This document shows, in pieces, positions 19,308 through 29,965 of a DNA stretch of 64,000 nt (positions within the stretch are counted from its first letter, which is position 1; each line of letters opens with the position of its first letter). The stretch is taken from NCBI GenBank assembly GCA_963713975.1, contig OY970218.1:2720001-2784000 (forward strand). Reading direction: 5' to 3'. The translations under genes were made by a program, and so were the position numbers. The notes under the pieces were generated by a model. That model did not search any database and was not told the origin of the DNA. It saw nothing but the letters and a program-made list of their open reading frames with translations. This DNA comes from an uncultured Chloroflexia bacterium (lineage in GTDB: Bacteria > Chloroflexota > Limnocylindria > Limnocylindrales > CSP1-4).

Positions 19308-20037
19308 AGGGGCCGGTCGGAGGCCCGGATGGCGGCTCCGCGGGCATGTCCGGGGCCAGTTCCGCGGTTATGTCGATCGGCAGGATCAACTCGGGTCCGT
19401 CGTTCCGCACGTTGTTGACGAGGGTGGCGACGGGATACGCGGCCAGCACCACGTCCTCCCGCGGCTCGAGCAGTGCCCGGAGCTCGCCGGGATCCCGCGG
19501 TGTCGGGTCGAGCCATGTCGCCCATCCGTCGGGCGGCACCACGACCGGCATCCGGTCATGGATGGTGGCCATGAAGTCGTTGGGCCGGGTCGTGATGATG
19601 GTGAACGTCCGCAGCCAGTCGCCGGTCGCCTCGTCGCGTCGCCCGGTCCAGAGCCCGGCCAGGGCCAGCAGTCCTTCGTCCGGTTCGTGGATCCGCACCG
19701 GCTGCCGCCGTGCCCCATCCTTCTGCCACTCGTAGAAGCCGTCCACCGGGACCAGGCAGCGGCGTCGGCGGTAGGCGTCCCGGAACATCCCGCTCGTCGC
19801 AAGCGACTCCGCCCGGGCGTTGAAGGCTCGCGACGCCTTGCGAGGGTCCGCCCAGGACGGGACGAGTCCCCAGCGGTAGCGCACGACGGCCCGCCGGTCC
19901 TCGCGCTGGACCACGACCGCCGCCTCATCGGTGGGTGCGACGTTGTAGCGTCCGCCCGGGTCATCCGCGAGGTCGTCGGCATCGAAGATGCTCGCGATGT
20001 CGGAGGTCGGGCGTTGCTGGGTGAACCGGCCGCACAT
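19306..20037 (-). CDS. SOS response-associated peptidase (SRAP/HMCES/YedK family)
   Basis: MCGRF, RYNVAPT, FNARAE, DGFYEW, IHDRMP; leaderless start. Confidence 0.95.
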   Translation of the reverse strand: MCGRFTQQRPTSDIASIFDADDLADDPGGRYNVAPTDEAAVVVQREDRRAVVRYRWGLVPSWADPRKASRAFNARAESLATSGMFRDAYRRRRCLVPVDGFYEWQKDGARRQPVRIHEPDEGLLALAGLWTGRRDEATGDWLRTFTIITTRPNDFMATIHDRMPVVVPPDGWATWLDPTPRDPGELRALLEPREDVVLAAYPVATLVNNVRNDGPELILPIDITAELAPDMPAEPPSGPPTGP

Positions 20038-20092
20038 GGCCCCGAGTCTACTCGCGCCGGGCTGAACGGCCACCTCAGGTACAGTCGCCCCC

Positions 20093-21310
20093 GTGACCCT
20101 CCCGCCGTCCGTCGACCCCCAGGCCCTGCTGGCGCAGTCCGGCCCCCTGACCCGCGAGGCGGCCGAGGGCGCCCTGGCGCACGCCGCCCAGCTGATGATC
20201 TCCGCGGACTTCATCGATGCCGCCCGGCTGTACCAGCGCGTGATCGGCTTCGACGACCCGGCGGTCACCGCCCGCGCGATGGTGGGGCTTGGCGAGGCGC
20301 TGCACCGGCTGGACGACGACGCCCAGGCCCTGCGCAACTGGGAGGCAGCGACAGACCTGCCCGAGAACCCCTACACCTACGTGGCATGGCGCAACGTCGC
20401 CGCGGCCCGGGTACGGTCGGGTGACCTGCAGGGCGCGCTGAACGCATATCGCCAGGCGGACCGGCGGGCGCCCCAGGACGACAAGGCGGAGATCGCCTCG
20501 CGGATGGGCTGGCTGTCCAAGGAGGTCGGGGACAAGGGTGCGGCGGGCCGCTACTTCGCCCGGGCACGCGGCGACACCGGCATGTCGTACTCGCTCATCC
20601 TGCTCGCGATCACCGTGGTCGTGTCCTTGTTCGTCGAGTTCGGCGGCGAACAGGGCAAGGCGCTCGGCGAGCTGCTGATGATGAACAAGGTGGCCCTCGC
20701 GGACGGCGAGATCTGGCGCCTGTGGACGGTCACCCTGGTCCACGCGAAGCTCACCGAGATGCCGCTCCACCTGATCATGAACATGTATGCGCTGTACCTC
20801 GCCGGCCCCTTCACGGAGCGGCTCTACGGGCGCCGGTGGTTCCTGGCGTTCTACCTGATCGCGGCGGCCGGCGGCTCGCTCGCGACGTTCGCATTCGGTT
20901 CCGCGCAGTTCAGCGTGGGGGCGTCGGGGGCGGTCTTCGGCCTGTTCGGCGTGCTGATCGCGGTCCAGTTCATCCATCGGCCGCTTCTGGACCGGGGCTC
21001 CCGCTCGTTCCTCGGGCAGATTGCCGCCCTGGTGGTCCTCAACATGATCCTGGGCCTCTCGATGGGCGGCACCATCGACAACTGGGCGCACATTGGCGGC
21101 CTCGCGACGGGGTTCCTGTTGGGTGCGTTGATCGCGCCGACCGGGGTGCCGACCATCCGGTCGATCTGGCTGCGCCCGGGTCCGACGCCGGGATCGACGG
21201 TGCCGGCGTTCGGCGTCGCGGGCAACCAGGTGGTTCGGATCGCCGGTGTGGCGGCCCTGATCGCGGCGTTCGCGGTGCTCTGGACGCTGGGCGTCGCAGT
21301 CTGGTCCTGA
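20093..21310 (+). CDS. Rhomboid intramembrane serine protease with N-terminal TPR domain
   Basis: WRLWT...HLIMN...GASG...HIGG; helical TPR-like N-terminus. Confidence 0.9.
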   Translation: MTLPPSVDPQALLAQSGPLTREAAEGALAHAAQLMISADFIDAARLYQRVIGFDDPAVTARAMVGLGEALHRLDDDAQALRNWEAATDLPENPYTYVAWRNVAAARVRSGDLQGALNAYRQADRRAPQDDKAEIASRMGWLSKEVGDKGAAGRYFARARGDTGMSYSLILLAITVVVSLFVEFGGEQGKALGELLMMNKVALADGEIWRLWTVTLVHAKLTEMPLHLIMNMYALYLAGPFTERLYGRRWFLAFYLIAAAGGSLATFAFGSAQFSVGASGAVFGLFGVLIAVQFIHRPLLDRGSRSFLGQIAALVVLNMILGLSMGGTIDNWAHIGGLATGFLLGALIAPTGVPTIRSIWLRPGPTPGSTVPAFGVAGNQVVRIAGVAALIAAFAVLWTLGVAVWS

Positions 21311-21353
21311 GGCCCGCCCGGCCCGGTCGCGAACCCCGCCCGACTCGACCGCC

Positions 21354-22184
21354 TCAGAGCTCCCCGAACACGACCTGCGGTCCGGGCTCGCCTTGGACCC
21401 CGCCTTCCGGCTCGAGCGTGATCATCACGGCGGTGCTGTTGGCGAGGTCGACGCCGATCGGGGCCACGAACGCGCCACTGCCGTCGAAGCCGACCACCTG
21501 GAGGGGGTGAACGCCTGCGTCGTCGGCGTACCAGAGCTGGTAGCCGTGCCCGGCCGGGGTGGGCGGCAGGCCCTGCGCGACGATGTACGACGAATTGGCG
21601 CCCGGCACATAGACGACGGCGGCCTGGGCGCTGGGGGCCAGCGGCTCGGCGTGCAATGCGACCGTGACGTGGGATGGGTTCGCGACCACCGTCATGGCGT
21701 TGCCCCGCTGGGCGAGCGCCGATCCCAGCGCCGCGACCTGCGCCGATGCCCGATCCAGGTCCTGCTGTAGCGTGATGCTCCGGGCCCCCAGCCCGACGGC
21801 AAGGAACCCGATCCCGGCCGCGAGGCCGAGCGCGGCGAGGAGGGGCCGGCGGGAACCGGGGCGCCGCAACGGGATGAGTTCGCCGGCGGGCGCCGCGGGG
21901 CCCGCAGCGGACGCGACGGGGGGCAGGACGACCAGCCCGGGAACGCGCTTCGGGTCGGGCTCGGTGGCGAGCGCACGGCGGATCCCGAGCAGCAGGTCGG
22001 GCGGCGGAACGCGCTCCGGCGCCGCGAGCGCCAGGTCGGCCATCACCTGGCCGAGTTCCAGCTCGAGGTCCCGGCAGTCGGCGCAGGTCCGGCGGTGGAC
22101 CTCGTACCGTGCGCGCTCGTCCGGCGCGAGGTCGTCGAGCGCGGCGCCCGCCGGCAGCAGCAGCTCGGCCGCGCCGTGGATCAT
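21354..22184 (-). CDS. Anti-sigma-K (RskA-like) factor with zinc-finger motif
   Basis: HRRTCADC, TM segment, YQLW, ITLEPEGG. Confidence 0.88.
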   Translation of the reverse strand: MIHGAAELLLPAGAALDDLAPDERARYEVHRRTCADCRDLELELGQVMADLALAAPERVPPPDLLLGIRRALATEPDPKRVPGLVVLPPVASAAGPAAPAGELIPLRRPGSRRPLLAALGLAAGIGFLAVGLGARSITLQQDLDRASAQVAALGSALAQRGNAMTVVANPSHVTVALHAEPLAPSAQAAVVYVPGANSSYIVAQGLPPTPAGHGYQLWYADDAGVHPLQVVGFDGSGAFVAPIGVDLANSTAVMITLEPEGGVQGEPGPQVVFGEL

Positions 22185-22798
22185 CCCTCGGCTCCAAGGA
22201 CCGCGTCCGCGGCGGGCAGCTCGGAGATGGAGTCTCCCAGGACGTCTCGGAGGCGCAGTAGCGCGCTGCGGATGCGCGTCTTGGCCGTTCCCAGGGGGAT
22301 GTCGAGTCGTTCCGAGACCTCGACGTGCGTCAGCCCATGGAAGAAGGCGAGCTCCAGCGATTCACGCTGGATGGGTGTCAGCTCCTCGATGGCCTCGAGG
22401 ACCTTCTCCTTGCGGATTCGCACCCACGCCTCGTGGTCCACGTCGTCGTCGGCCTCGTGGAACTCGAGGTCCACGTCCGCCGTGCGCTTGCGGATGTTGG
22501 CTTCGCGGCGGACCAGGTCGATCGCCTTGTGCCTGGCGAGCGAGAACAGCCACGGAGCCACGGCTCCGCGCTCCGGGTCGAACCGGCTGGCATCGCGCCA
22601 GAGCGCGACGAAGACCTCCTGGACCACGTCCTGGGCGAAGCGCTCGGCACCTGTGACCTGGTAGGCGAGGGAGTACAGCGGTCCTGAGTAGCGCGCGTAG
22701 AGCTCCTCGACGGCTCGCTCGTCCCTGTCCACGATCCGGGCGAGCAGGGCGGCGTCCTCGGCCTTCTTCCTGGCACGTACGTCTTCCGGCTCCCGCAA
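22181..22798 (-). CDS. ECF sigma factor (SigK-like)
   Basis: AQDVVQEVFVALW..ASRFDPERG..WL...HKAID; LGTAKTRIR; TTG start after GAGGGAG (start uncertain). Confidence 0.9.
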   Translation of the reverse strand: MREPEDVRARKKAEDAALLARIVDRDERAVEELYARYSGPLYSLAYQVTGAERFAQDVVQEVFVALWRDASRFDPERGAVAPWLFSLARHKAIDLVRREANIRKRTADVDLEFHEADDDVDHEAWVRIRKEKVLEAIEELTPIQRESLELAFFHGLTHVEVSERLDIPLGTAKTRIRSALLRLRDVLGDSISELPAADAVLGAEG

Positions 22799-23011
22799 GC
22801 GAGTCTCCCTCGGCGCCGTTCCCGTCCCTGTCCCGAGATCATACCGAACGCCGGGAGGGCCAACCGGCGGCATCGCCGTGCGAGGCCCGGGAAGAAACGA
22901 CCGCCCGACCAGCATCGACAGCGGGCCGGAGGGCAGGGCTACGAGGGACTCCATCGCCCCCTGTTCGCCCGATCGCTCCGCGTGGATTGGAAGGACCGCT
23001 ACGATCAGGGC

Positions 23012-24028
23012 GTGTTCGCGATGCTCAACGGTCCCTGGCCCCGTGTCTCAACCGGTGGGGACCGGCTGGCCGACCTCGAGGCGGCGGTCGCGGCAGGTCG
23101 CGCGGCCTCGACCGACCTGGCGGTTGCGATCGACCGCGTCGCTGCGGAGGCGGTGACGGCACAGGTCGAAGCCGGGCTGGGTCTCCTGACCGATGGGAGC
23201 GTGCGCTGGCCCGACCCGGCACGGGCCGTGTCCGAGGCGCTCCGGCAGGGCGACGCCGGGCCCGGGGGGATGCTGGTCCGGGCATGGTGTGCCACCGCGG
23301 CTCTCACCGGCACGCCGGTCGCCCAGCCGATCCCGGGGCCGTGGACGCTGGCGACGGGGGAGGGCGTCGCGGCAGGCAACCCTCGACGCGTGGCGAGTCG
23401 CGCAGTTGAGCTTGCGGACGCGCTGGCCGGTGAGCTGGCGGCATTGGCGGCGGCGGGCTGTCCGGTCGTGCAGGTCATGGAGCCGGAGGTGGTCGGGATC
23501 GGCGAGGACACGGCTGCCCGGGACGGCTTCAGACTGGCCCAGCGGCGACTGCTGGCGCTGGCGCCCGACCTCCACGCGATGCTGGCCATCACGGGCGGAT
23601 CCGCCCATGCGACAGGCGCCCCGACGGTCTTCGATGCCCCGTACAGCTCGTATCTGTTCGACCTCATCGCCGGTCCGGACAACTGGCACCTGGTCCGGGC
23701 CGCGCCCGCGGACCGCGGCATCATCTGCGCCGTGCTCAGGTCCGGGGACGGTGCCGAGGCCTGGGACCAGGCTCCCCAGCTGGTGTGGGCCGCGCGGTAT
23801 GCCGCCTCGGCCGGCGCAAGGGGACTGGAGCGAGTAGGGATCGCAAACGCGTCTCCCCTGACGGGCCTGGATCCCGCCGTTGCGCGTCGGGCGCTGGAGG
23901 CGCTGGGGCGTGCAGCGACGCTTGCCGGCATGCCGGTCGCCGAGGCGGTCGAGGCAGGCCTCGACCCACGGACGGTCAACACGCTGCCCAAGACCGCGGG
24001 CGTGCCGGCGGCAGACAAGCCAGGTTGA
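23012..24028 (+). CDS. Cobalamin-independent methionine synthase II/URO-D-like barrel protein, degenerate
   Basis: [34 protein letters not shown]; no HxC/C zinc ligands seen; leaderless start after TACGAT. Confidence 0.65.
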   Translation: MFAMLNGPWPRVSTGGDRLADLEAAVAAGRAASTDLAVAIDRVAAEAVTAQVEAGLGLLTDGSVRWPDPARAVSEALRQGDAGPGGMLVRAWCATAALTGTPVAQPIPGPWTLATGEGVAAGNPRRVASRAVELADALAGELAALAAAGCPVVQVMEPEVVGIGEDTAARDGFRLAQRRLLALAPDLHAMLAITGGSAHATGAPTVFDAPYSSYLFDLIAGPDNWHLVRAAPADRGIICAVLRSGDGAEAWDQAPQLVWAARYAASAGARGLERVGIANASPLTGLDPAVARRALEALGRAATLAGMPVAEAVEAGLDPRTVNTLPKTAGVPAADKPG

Positions 24029-24250
24029 CCCGACCTGCCCTGACCCGCCCAACATCGACCCCCGACGGCCCCGGCTGGCTCCGGGCAGCAACACCGGGTT
24101 GCGCCCGAGGCGCCAGCCTGCCACCATCCGGGAAGCCGTCCGGTCGGGCCACATGGCCCAGCGGACGCGGGCCATTGGTCCTGTGGCATCCGTCCTGCCC
24201 CCGGCCGTGCCGGGAAGCTGCACCGCCTGGTCGGTGAGGAGGTCGTCCCG

Positions 24251-24745
24251 GTGTCCGAGCTGCGCATCGCGCTCGAGGTGAACGGTGAGCACCGGGAGGT
24301 GGACGTCGAGCCGCGTCGGCTCCTCGTCCAGGTCATCCGCGAGGAGCTGGGCCTGACCGGGACGCACGTCGGCTGCGACACGAGCCAGTGCGGGGCCTGC
24401 ACCGTCCACGTCGATGGGAAGGCCGTGAAGAGCTGCACCATGCTCGCCGTCCAGGCGGATGGCTCGAGCGTCACCACCATCGAGGGGATGGGGGACGTGG
24501 GCAGCCTCCACCCGCTTCAGAACGCGTTCTGGGAGAAACATGGTCTGCAGTGCGGCTTCTGCACCCCGGGGATGATCATGGCAGCCGCCGACCTGCTTGC
24601 CCGCAACGCGGAGCCCACGGACACCGAGATCCGCCATGCCATCGAGGGCAACATCTGCCGCTGCACCGGCTACCACAACATCGTGCTGGCCGTGCGCGAG
24701 GCCGCCCGGGTCATGCGCGACGGCGCCACCACCGCAATGGCCTGA
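24251..24745 (+). CDS. (2Fe-2S)-binding subunit, CoxS-like
   Basis: [28 protein letters not shown]. Confidence 0.93.
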   Translation: MSELRIALEVNGEHREVDVEPRRLLVQVIREELGLTGTHVGCDTSQCGACTVHVDGKAVKSCTMLAVQADGSSVTTIEGMGDVGSLHPLQNAFWEKHGLQCGFCTPGMIMAAADLLARNAEPTDTEIRHAIEGNICRCTGYHNIVLAVREAARVMRDGATTAMA

Positions 24746-24756
24746 GGAGGAGCGAC

Positions 24757-27159
24757 GTGACCACCGACGTCCTCGGCGCGCCCGTCAAGCGGGTCGAAGA
24801 TCCCCGGTTCATCACCGGCAAGGGCCGCTACCTCGACGACATCAGCATGCCCGGCATGGTCCATATGTCGATCCTCCGGAGCCCCTACGCCCACGCCAAC
24901 GTCAAGGCCATCGACACCACGGTGGCCAAAGCGGCGCCTGGTGTCCTCGCGGTGATCGTCGGCGCGGACATCCCGTACAACCCGCTCCCCATGGCCTGGC
25001 CGGCGGGCGGCGCCTCCGGCATCCGGAACAACGTCAACATGCCTCGGGTGCTGGCCACGGACTCGGTCAAGTGGACCGGTGAGGGGGTGGCGGCGGTGAT
25101 CGCCGAGACCCTGGAGCAGGCGGTGGACGCGATCGAGCTGATCCAGGTCGATTGGGAGCCGCTTCCAGCCGTCGTGGACGCCGAGAAGGCGACCCAGACC
25201 GGCGCCCCCCAGCTCCACGAGAACGCGCCCAACAACGTGGTGTTCGACTGGTCCGTCGGCGACAAGGCGGGCACCGACGCCGCCTTCGACGGCGCGGAGG
25301 TCGTGGTCCGTCAGCGCCTGGTCAACCAGCGACTGATCCCGAACCCGATGGAGGTCCGGGGCGACATCGGCTGGTACAACCCGGGGACGGACGAGTACAC
25401 GATCTGGATGTCCAGCCAGACCCCGCACATCCAGCGGCTGCTGCTGACGGCCTTCGTGACCGGCATCCCGGAGCACAAGGTGCGGTGCATCAGCCCGGAC
25501 GTCGGTGGCGCCTTCGGCACCAAGATCTTCTGCTACGCGGACATGGCGCTGGTGATGTTCGCCAGCAAGCTGATCGGCGGCCGGCCGGTCAAGTGGGTGG
25601 AGTCCCGCCGCGAGAGCTACCACAGCACGATCCATGGCCGGGACCACATCACGTACGTCGAGGCTGCGGCGACGAAGACGGGCGAGGTCCATGGCCTTCG
25701 CGTCAGGACGTACGCCAACCTGGGCGGACGCCTGTCCACGATCGGCCCGGGCATCCCGACGACGCTCTACGGCCGGATCCTGTCGGGTCCGTACAAGATC
25801 CCGAACGTCCATTGCGAGGTCACCGGCGTCTACACGAACACGACGTTCGTGGACGCGTATCGAGGTGCCGGCCGCCCAGAGGCCACCTACGTGGTCGAGC
25901 GGGCCATGGACCTGGTGGCAGACGAGCTGGGGATCGACCCGGTCGAGATCCGGCGGCGGAACTTTCTGCCGCCCGACAGCTTCCCCTACGACAACCCGTC
26001 CGGCCTCCTCACGGCCGTCAATGGCAGCAAGCTGTTCATCGACTCCGGCAACTACGAGCCCGCCCTTGACAAGGCGCTGGCGATGGCCGGCTACGCCGAC
26101 CGCGCGGCAAGGAAGGCCGAGGCGAAGCGCCGCGGCAGGCTCATGGGGGTCGGCCTGTCCACCTACATCGAGGTCTGCGGTGTCGCGCCGTCGAAGTGGA
26201 TCGGCGCCGTCGGTGAGGGCTGGGGCGCGGCGATGTGGGAGTCGTCCAATATCAAGGTCCACCTGACCGGCAAGGTCGTGGTCACGATGGGCACCCAGCC
26301 GCAGGGCCAGGGTCACGAGACCACCTATGCGCAGATCATCAGCCACGAGCTGGGGATCCCGATGGACGACATCGTGATCCAGCACTCGGACACCCAGGGC
26401 ACCCCGTTCGGCTATGGCTCCTACGGCAGCCGCACGTCAAACGTGGGCACCGGCGCCGCGCTCAAGGCGGCGGCCAAGATCCGAGAGAAGGCACGCTTGT
26501 ACGCCGCCCACATGCTGGAGGCAGCCCCCGAGGACATCGAGATCGACGGACCGAACTACAGCGTCAAAGGCTCGCCCGACAAGGTCAAGACCATCCAGGA
26601 GATCGCGTTCGCCCTGGATCTCGCGTTCGACACGCCGGCGGGCATGGAGCCCTACCTGGACGAGACCGCCTACCACGACACGCCCAACTGCACGTTCCCG
26701 TTCGGGACCCACATCGCGATCGTCGAGATCGACGAGGAGACTGGAGTGGTCGATCTCGTCCGCTACGTGGCGGTGGATGATGTCGGCAAGAAGATCAACC
26801 CGATGATCGTGGACGGCCAGCTCCACGGCGGCATCGCCCAGGGCATCGGTCAGGCACTGTGGGAGGAGGCCATCTACAGCGATGACGGTCAGCTCCTCAG
26901 CGGGTCGATGCTGGACTATGCGCTGCCACGGGCGTCGTGGCTGCCGGCCTTCGAGCTGGACGAGACCATCACACCGTCCCCGGTCAACGCGCTGGGCGTG
27001 AAGGGCGTCGGTGAGGCCGGCTGCATCGCCAGCACCGCCGCCGTGGCCAACGCCGTCATCGACGCGCTGAGCCCGCTCGGCATCCGCCATCTCGACATGC
27101 CGTACACCGCACAGAAGGTCTGGGGAGCGATCCAGGCCGCGAAGGGAGGCCAGGCATGA
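24757..27159 (+). CDS. Molybdopterin large subunit, xanthine dehydrogenase family (form II CoxL-like)
   Basis: Active-site motif AYRGAGR at 25855-25875; GGAFGTK, QGQGHET, KGVGEAG. Confidence 0.93.
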   Translation: MTTDVLGAPVKRVEDPRFITGKGRYLDDISMPGMVHMSILRSPYAHANVKAIDTTVAKAAPGVLAVIVGADIPYNPLPMAWPAGGASGIRNNVNMPRVLATDSVKWTGEGVAAVIAETLEQAVDAIELIQVDWEPLPAVVDAEKATQTGAPQLHENAPNNVVFDWSVGDKAGTDAAFDGAEVVVRQRLVNQRLIPNPMEVRGDIGWYNPGTDEYTIWMSSQTPHIQRLLLTAFVTGIPEHKVRCISPDVGGAFGTKIFCYADMALVMFASKLIGGRPVKWVESRRESYHSTIHGRDHITYVEAAATKTGEVHGLRVRTYANLGGRLSTIGPGIPTTLYGRILSGPYKIPNVHCEVTGVYTNTTFVDAYRGAGRPEATYVVERAMDLVADELGIDPVEIRRRNFLPPDSFPYDNPSGLLTAVNGSKLFIDSGNYEPALDKALAMAGYADRAARKAEAKRRGRLMGVGLSTYIEVCGVAPSKWIGAVGEGWGAAMWESSNIKVHLTGKVVVTMGTQPQGQGHETTYAQIISHELGIPMDDIVIQHSDTQGTPFGYGSYGSRTSNVGTGAALKAAAKIREKARLYAAHMLEAAPEDIEIDGPNYSVKGSPDKVKTIQEIAFALDLAFDTPAGMEPYLDETAYHDTPNCTFPFGTHIAIVEIDEETGVVDLVRYVAVDDVGKKINPMIVDGQLHGGIAQGIGQALWEEAIYSDDGQLLSGSMLDYALPRASWLPAFELDETITPSPVNALGVKGVGEAGCIASTAAVANAVIDALSPLGIRHLDMPYTAQKVWGAIQAAKGGQA

Positions 27160-28016
27160 TCCCGGCGGCCGTCGGGTACACCCGGGCGAGCAGCGTCGAC
27201 GAGGCGCTCCAGATCCTCGCGTCGGACGACGGCGCCAAGGTCATCGCCGGCGGCATGAGCCTGCTGCCGCTGATGAAGCTCCGGCTGGCCCAGCCGGCCA
27301 TGCTGGTGGACATCGGACGGCTGGCCGAGCTGCGCGGGGTCCACCGGCTGGGCGACGGGCGGCTCGCGGTCGGTGCCCTCACCACGTACGCAGACCTGCT
27401 GGACTCTCCGGCGAACCAGTACGGCGTGCTCCACGATGTCCTCCCGACCATCGGCGACGTCCAGGTCCGGAATCGCGGGACCTTGGGCGGCGCGATCGCC
27501 CATGCGGACCCCAGCTCCGATCTCCCGGCGGCGCTGCTGGCCCTGGACGCGGAACTCGTGCTGCAGTCCGCGCGCGGCACGAGGACCGTGCGTGCAGACG
27601 GCTTCTTCGAAGGCGCGTTCATGACCGGGCTGGGGCACGACGAGCTCGTCACCCAGGTCATCCTGCCGGCCCCGCTCGATCACGCCGGCTCGGCCTACGC
27701 CTCGCTCGAGCAGCCGGCATCCGGGTACGCGATGGTAGGCGTCGCCGCCGTCGTGATCAGCGGCACCGATGGCCGGATTGCCTCGGCCGGGATCGGCATC
27801 ACCGGTGTCCACGAGCACGCCTACCGGGCTCCAGAGGTCGAGGCCGCGCTCGTCGGCACCGACGGGTCGGCGTCGGCCATCGCGGCCGCCGCGGCCCACG
27901 CGACCGACGAGGTCGAGGTCAACGCCGACATCCACGCCGGACGCGACTACCGCACCGCGATGGCGACCGTGGTCACGCGCCGGGCGATCGAGGCGGCCCT
28001 GGCCCGGCTCGGCTGA
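27156..28016 (+). CDS. FAD-binding medium subunit, CoxM-like
   Basis: AGGMSLLPLMKLRL, QVRNRGTLGG..AHADP. Confidence 0.92.
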   Translation: MIPAAVGYTRASSVDEALQILASDDGAKVIAGGMSLLPLMKLRLAQPAMLVDIGRLAELRGVHRLGDGRLAVGALTTYADLLDSPANQYGVLHDVLPTIGDVQVRNRGTLGGAIAHADPSSDLPAALLALDAELVLQSARGTRTVRADGFFEGAFMTGLGHDELVTQVILPAPLDHAGSAYASLEQPASGYAMVGVAAVVISGTDGRIASAGIGITGVHEHAYRAPEVEAALVGTDGSASAIAAAAAHATDEVEVNADIHAGRDYRTAMATVVTRRAIEAALARLG

Positions 28017-28041
28017 CGCTGCGGCTTCCGGAACCCGACGG

Positions 28042-29091
28042 ATGCGGCTCGAGCAGATCGTCCCGGGCCGTACACCGTCCGCCGGGCTCAGCGGCGCGAT
28101 CCTGACCCGCGACCTCTCGATCGCGGGTCGTCGCCTGCCGAAAGGAACGCGGCTGTCACCGGAGGACCTGGCCCTTGTCGCCGAGGCACCCGCCGGTGCC
28201 GCCGTCACCGTCCTGGTGCCGGACCCCGGGGATGTGCACGAGGACGACGCGGCGGTGCGTCTCGCGGCCGCCGTCGTGGGGGAGGGGGCCGCGGTCACGC
28301 CGCGGGGGCCCGTCCAGTCACGGCTGGACCTGGTCGCCACCGCGGCCGGCGTGGTGGAGGTCCGGCTCGCGGCGCTGGAGCGTCTCAACCGCATGGATCC
28401 GCTCGAGGTGTTCACGGTCTTCGACGGGCAGGTCGTCGAGCCCGGTGACCTCGTGGCGAGCGTCAAGATCGCACCCCACCTGGTGCCGGAGGCCATTCTT
28501 GTCGCGGGTGAGTCGGTGGCGCGGCGCGGCGGCCCGCTGGTTGGGGTCCGTCCCTTCCGGCCGGTCCGTCTGGCCGCGGTGGTCAAGGAGCGGGTGACCG
28601 GAGCGGCGCGCAGCCGGTTCGAGACCTCCATCCAGTCCAAGGCGGAGGGCATGGGTGCGCGTCTCGGGATGGTGGCCTACGTGCGCGACGACGTGGTCGC
28701 TGTCACGGAGGCGCTCGGCGCGGCGATTGCGCCCGGACCCCTCCGGGCCGCAATCGTGCTCACCGCAGGCGGCGCGAGCACGAACCCTGCGGACCCCTTC
28801 TTCCTTGCCGTCGAGGCCATGGGCGGAAGGATCGTCCGCCACGGCGTGCCATCCCACCCGGGCTCCATGCTCTGGCTGGCCGTGATCGGCCGTGCCGCCA
28901 TCGTCGGCCTGCCCAGCTGCGGCGCGTACTCGATGGCGACCGCTGCCGACCTCCTCCTGCCGCGCCTGGTGGCCGGCCAGCCACCGACCGCGGCGACCGT
29001 CGCCCGCCTCGCCCACGGCGGCATCCTCAACCGCAGCCAGCGATTCCGGTTTCCGCCCTACGCTCGCCATCTCGAACCGCCGCAGGGCTGA
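28042..29091 (+). CDS. Molybdopterin-binding protein (MoeA/CinA-like fold)
   Basis: DVHEDDAA..LA, VKIAP, TAGGAS..P.D, GVPSHPGSMLWL, GLPSCG. Confidence 0.75.
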   Translation: MRLEQIVPGRTPSAGLSGAILTRDLSIAGRRLPKGTRLSPEDLALVAEAPAGAAVTVLVPDPGDVHEDDAAVRLAAAVVGEGAAVTPRGPVQSRLDLVATAAGVVEVRLAALERLNRMDPLEVFTVFDGQVVEPGDLVASVKIAPHLVPEAILVAGESVARRGGPLVGVRPFRPVRLAAVVKERVTGAARSRFETSIQSKAEGMGARLGMVAYVRDDVVAVTEALGAAIAPGPLRAAIVLTAGGASTNPADPFFLAVEAMGGRIVRHGVPSHPGSMLWLAVIGRAAIVGLPSCGAYSMATAADLLLPRLVAGQPPTAATVARLAHGGILNRSQRFRFPPYARHLEPPQG

Positions 29092-29138
29092 CGGCCCCGC
29101 CGGGTGGCGGCCGGTCGAGGTGTCTGGGCGGCCGGGGT

Positions 29139-29163
29139 GTAATCGTTCGGGGTCCTCCGCGTT
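29139..29163 (+). promoter_or_regulatory. Putative ECF promoter GTAATC-N15-CGTT
   Basis: ECF-like pattern upstream of the secreted protein that precedes the sigma gene. Confidence 0.35.
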
Positions 29164-29203
29164 GTCCTTGGTGATCAACCCACACCACGGAGGGATAGCC
29201 CCC

Positions 29204-29932
29204 ATGCGACGAACCCGGCTGGCCCGCTTCCTGGGGGCCGCAATGCTGGCCGCCCTGGTGCTCCCGCAGGCCGCGCTTGCCACCCCAGGGACCGCGACCA
29301 AGGCCAACGCCGACCTCGCGCCGATCAAGCTCGGTTGTGCGCTCGTGGTCCCGAACCCGCTGGCATCCGCCGCGCCCAACCGGGCGATCGTCTGCCGCTG
29401 GTCGGCTCCCGATGGTGTCGCCATCCGTGCCTTCCGGCTGTGGCGCTCCGTGGACGCCGCCCCGCGCCGGCTCGCTGCCACGATCCCCGCTGCCGACGCG
29501 CTTCGGCATGCCGACCGCAACATCCGTTCCGGCCATACCTATCACTACCGCGTGATCGGGCTGGCGGCGGACGGGACGAGGGTCGCGAGGAGCGCACGGG
29601 TCACGGTCCACGTCGGACGGCAGGCCGAGACGCTGCGCCTTGGCTGTGCGGTGGTGATCGACGCCGGGCATCGTGGCGTCGCCTGCCACTGGTCGGACGC
29701 CGCGCGGCCGGCGGCCGTCCGGTACGTGCTGTATCGCTCGGTCGATGGTGGTCCTCGTGAGGCCGTCTACCGGACGGGCGAGGACGGCCGCCGCCGGTAC
29801 TTGGACACGGATGTGAAGGCCGGCCAGGTGGTCCGCTACGCGGTGGTCGCCCTCAACGCCCACAACCGGATTGTCTCGTTCGGCGGGCCCGACCGGGTTC
29901 GCATCCCGAACGGGTTCGTCCCCGCGACGTAG
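29204..29932 (+). CDS. Secreted protein with two FN3-like repeats
   Basis: GGAGG RBS, signal peptide; duplicated LGCA.V...C.WS...RSVD..PR...Y.V unit. Confidence 0.75.
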   Translation: MRRTRLARFLGAAMLAALVLPQAALATPGTATKANADLAPIKLGCALVVPNPLASAAPNRAIVCRWSAPDGVAIRAFRLWRSVDAAPRRLAATIPAADALRHADRNIRSGHTYHYRVIGLAADGTRVARSARVTVHVGRQAETLRLGCAVVIDAGHRGVACHWSDAARPAAVRYVLYRSVDGGPREAVYRTGEDGRRRYLDTDVKAGQVVRYAVVALNAHNRIVSFGGPDRVRIPNGFVPAT

Positions 29933-29965
29933 CCCACCATCGCCGCGGCCGTCACACTGGGCCCG

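Noticed and set aside
24029-24250. Possible ncRNA upstream of the coxS-like gene
   Set aside because: GC-rich with only weak hairpins; no recognisable motif.
24757-27159. Calling this gene a true CO dehydrogenase coxL
   Set aside because: It has AYRGAGR, lacking the Cu-ligating Cys, and S-L-M gene order; the substrate is unknown.
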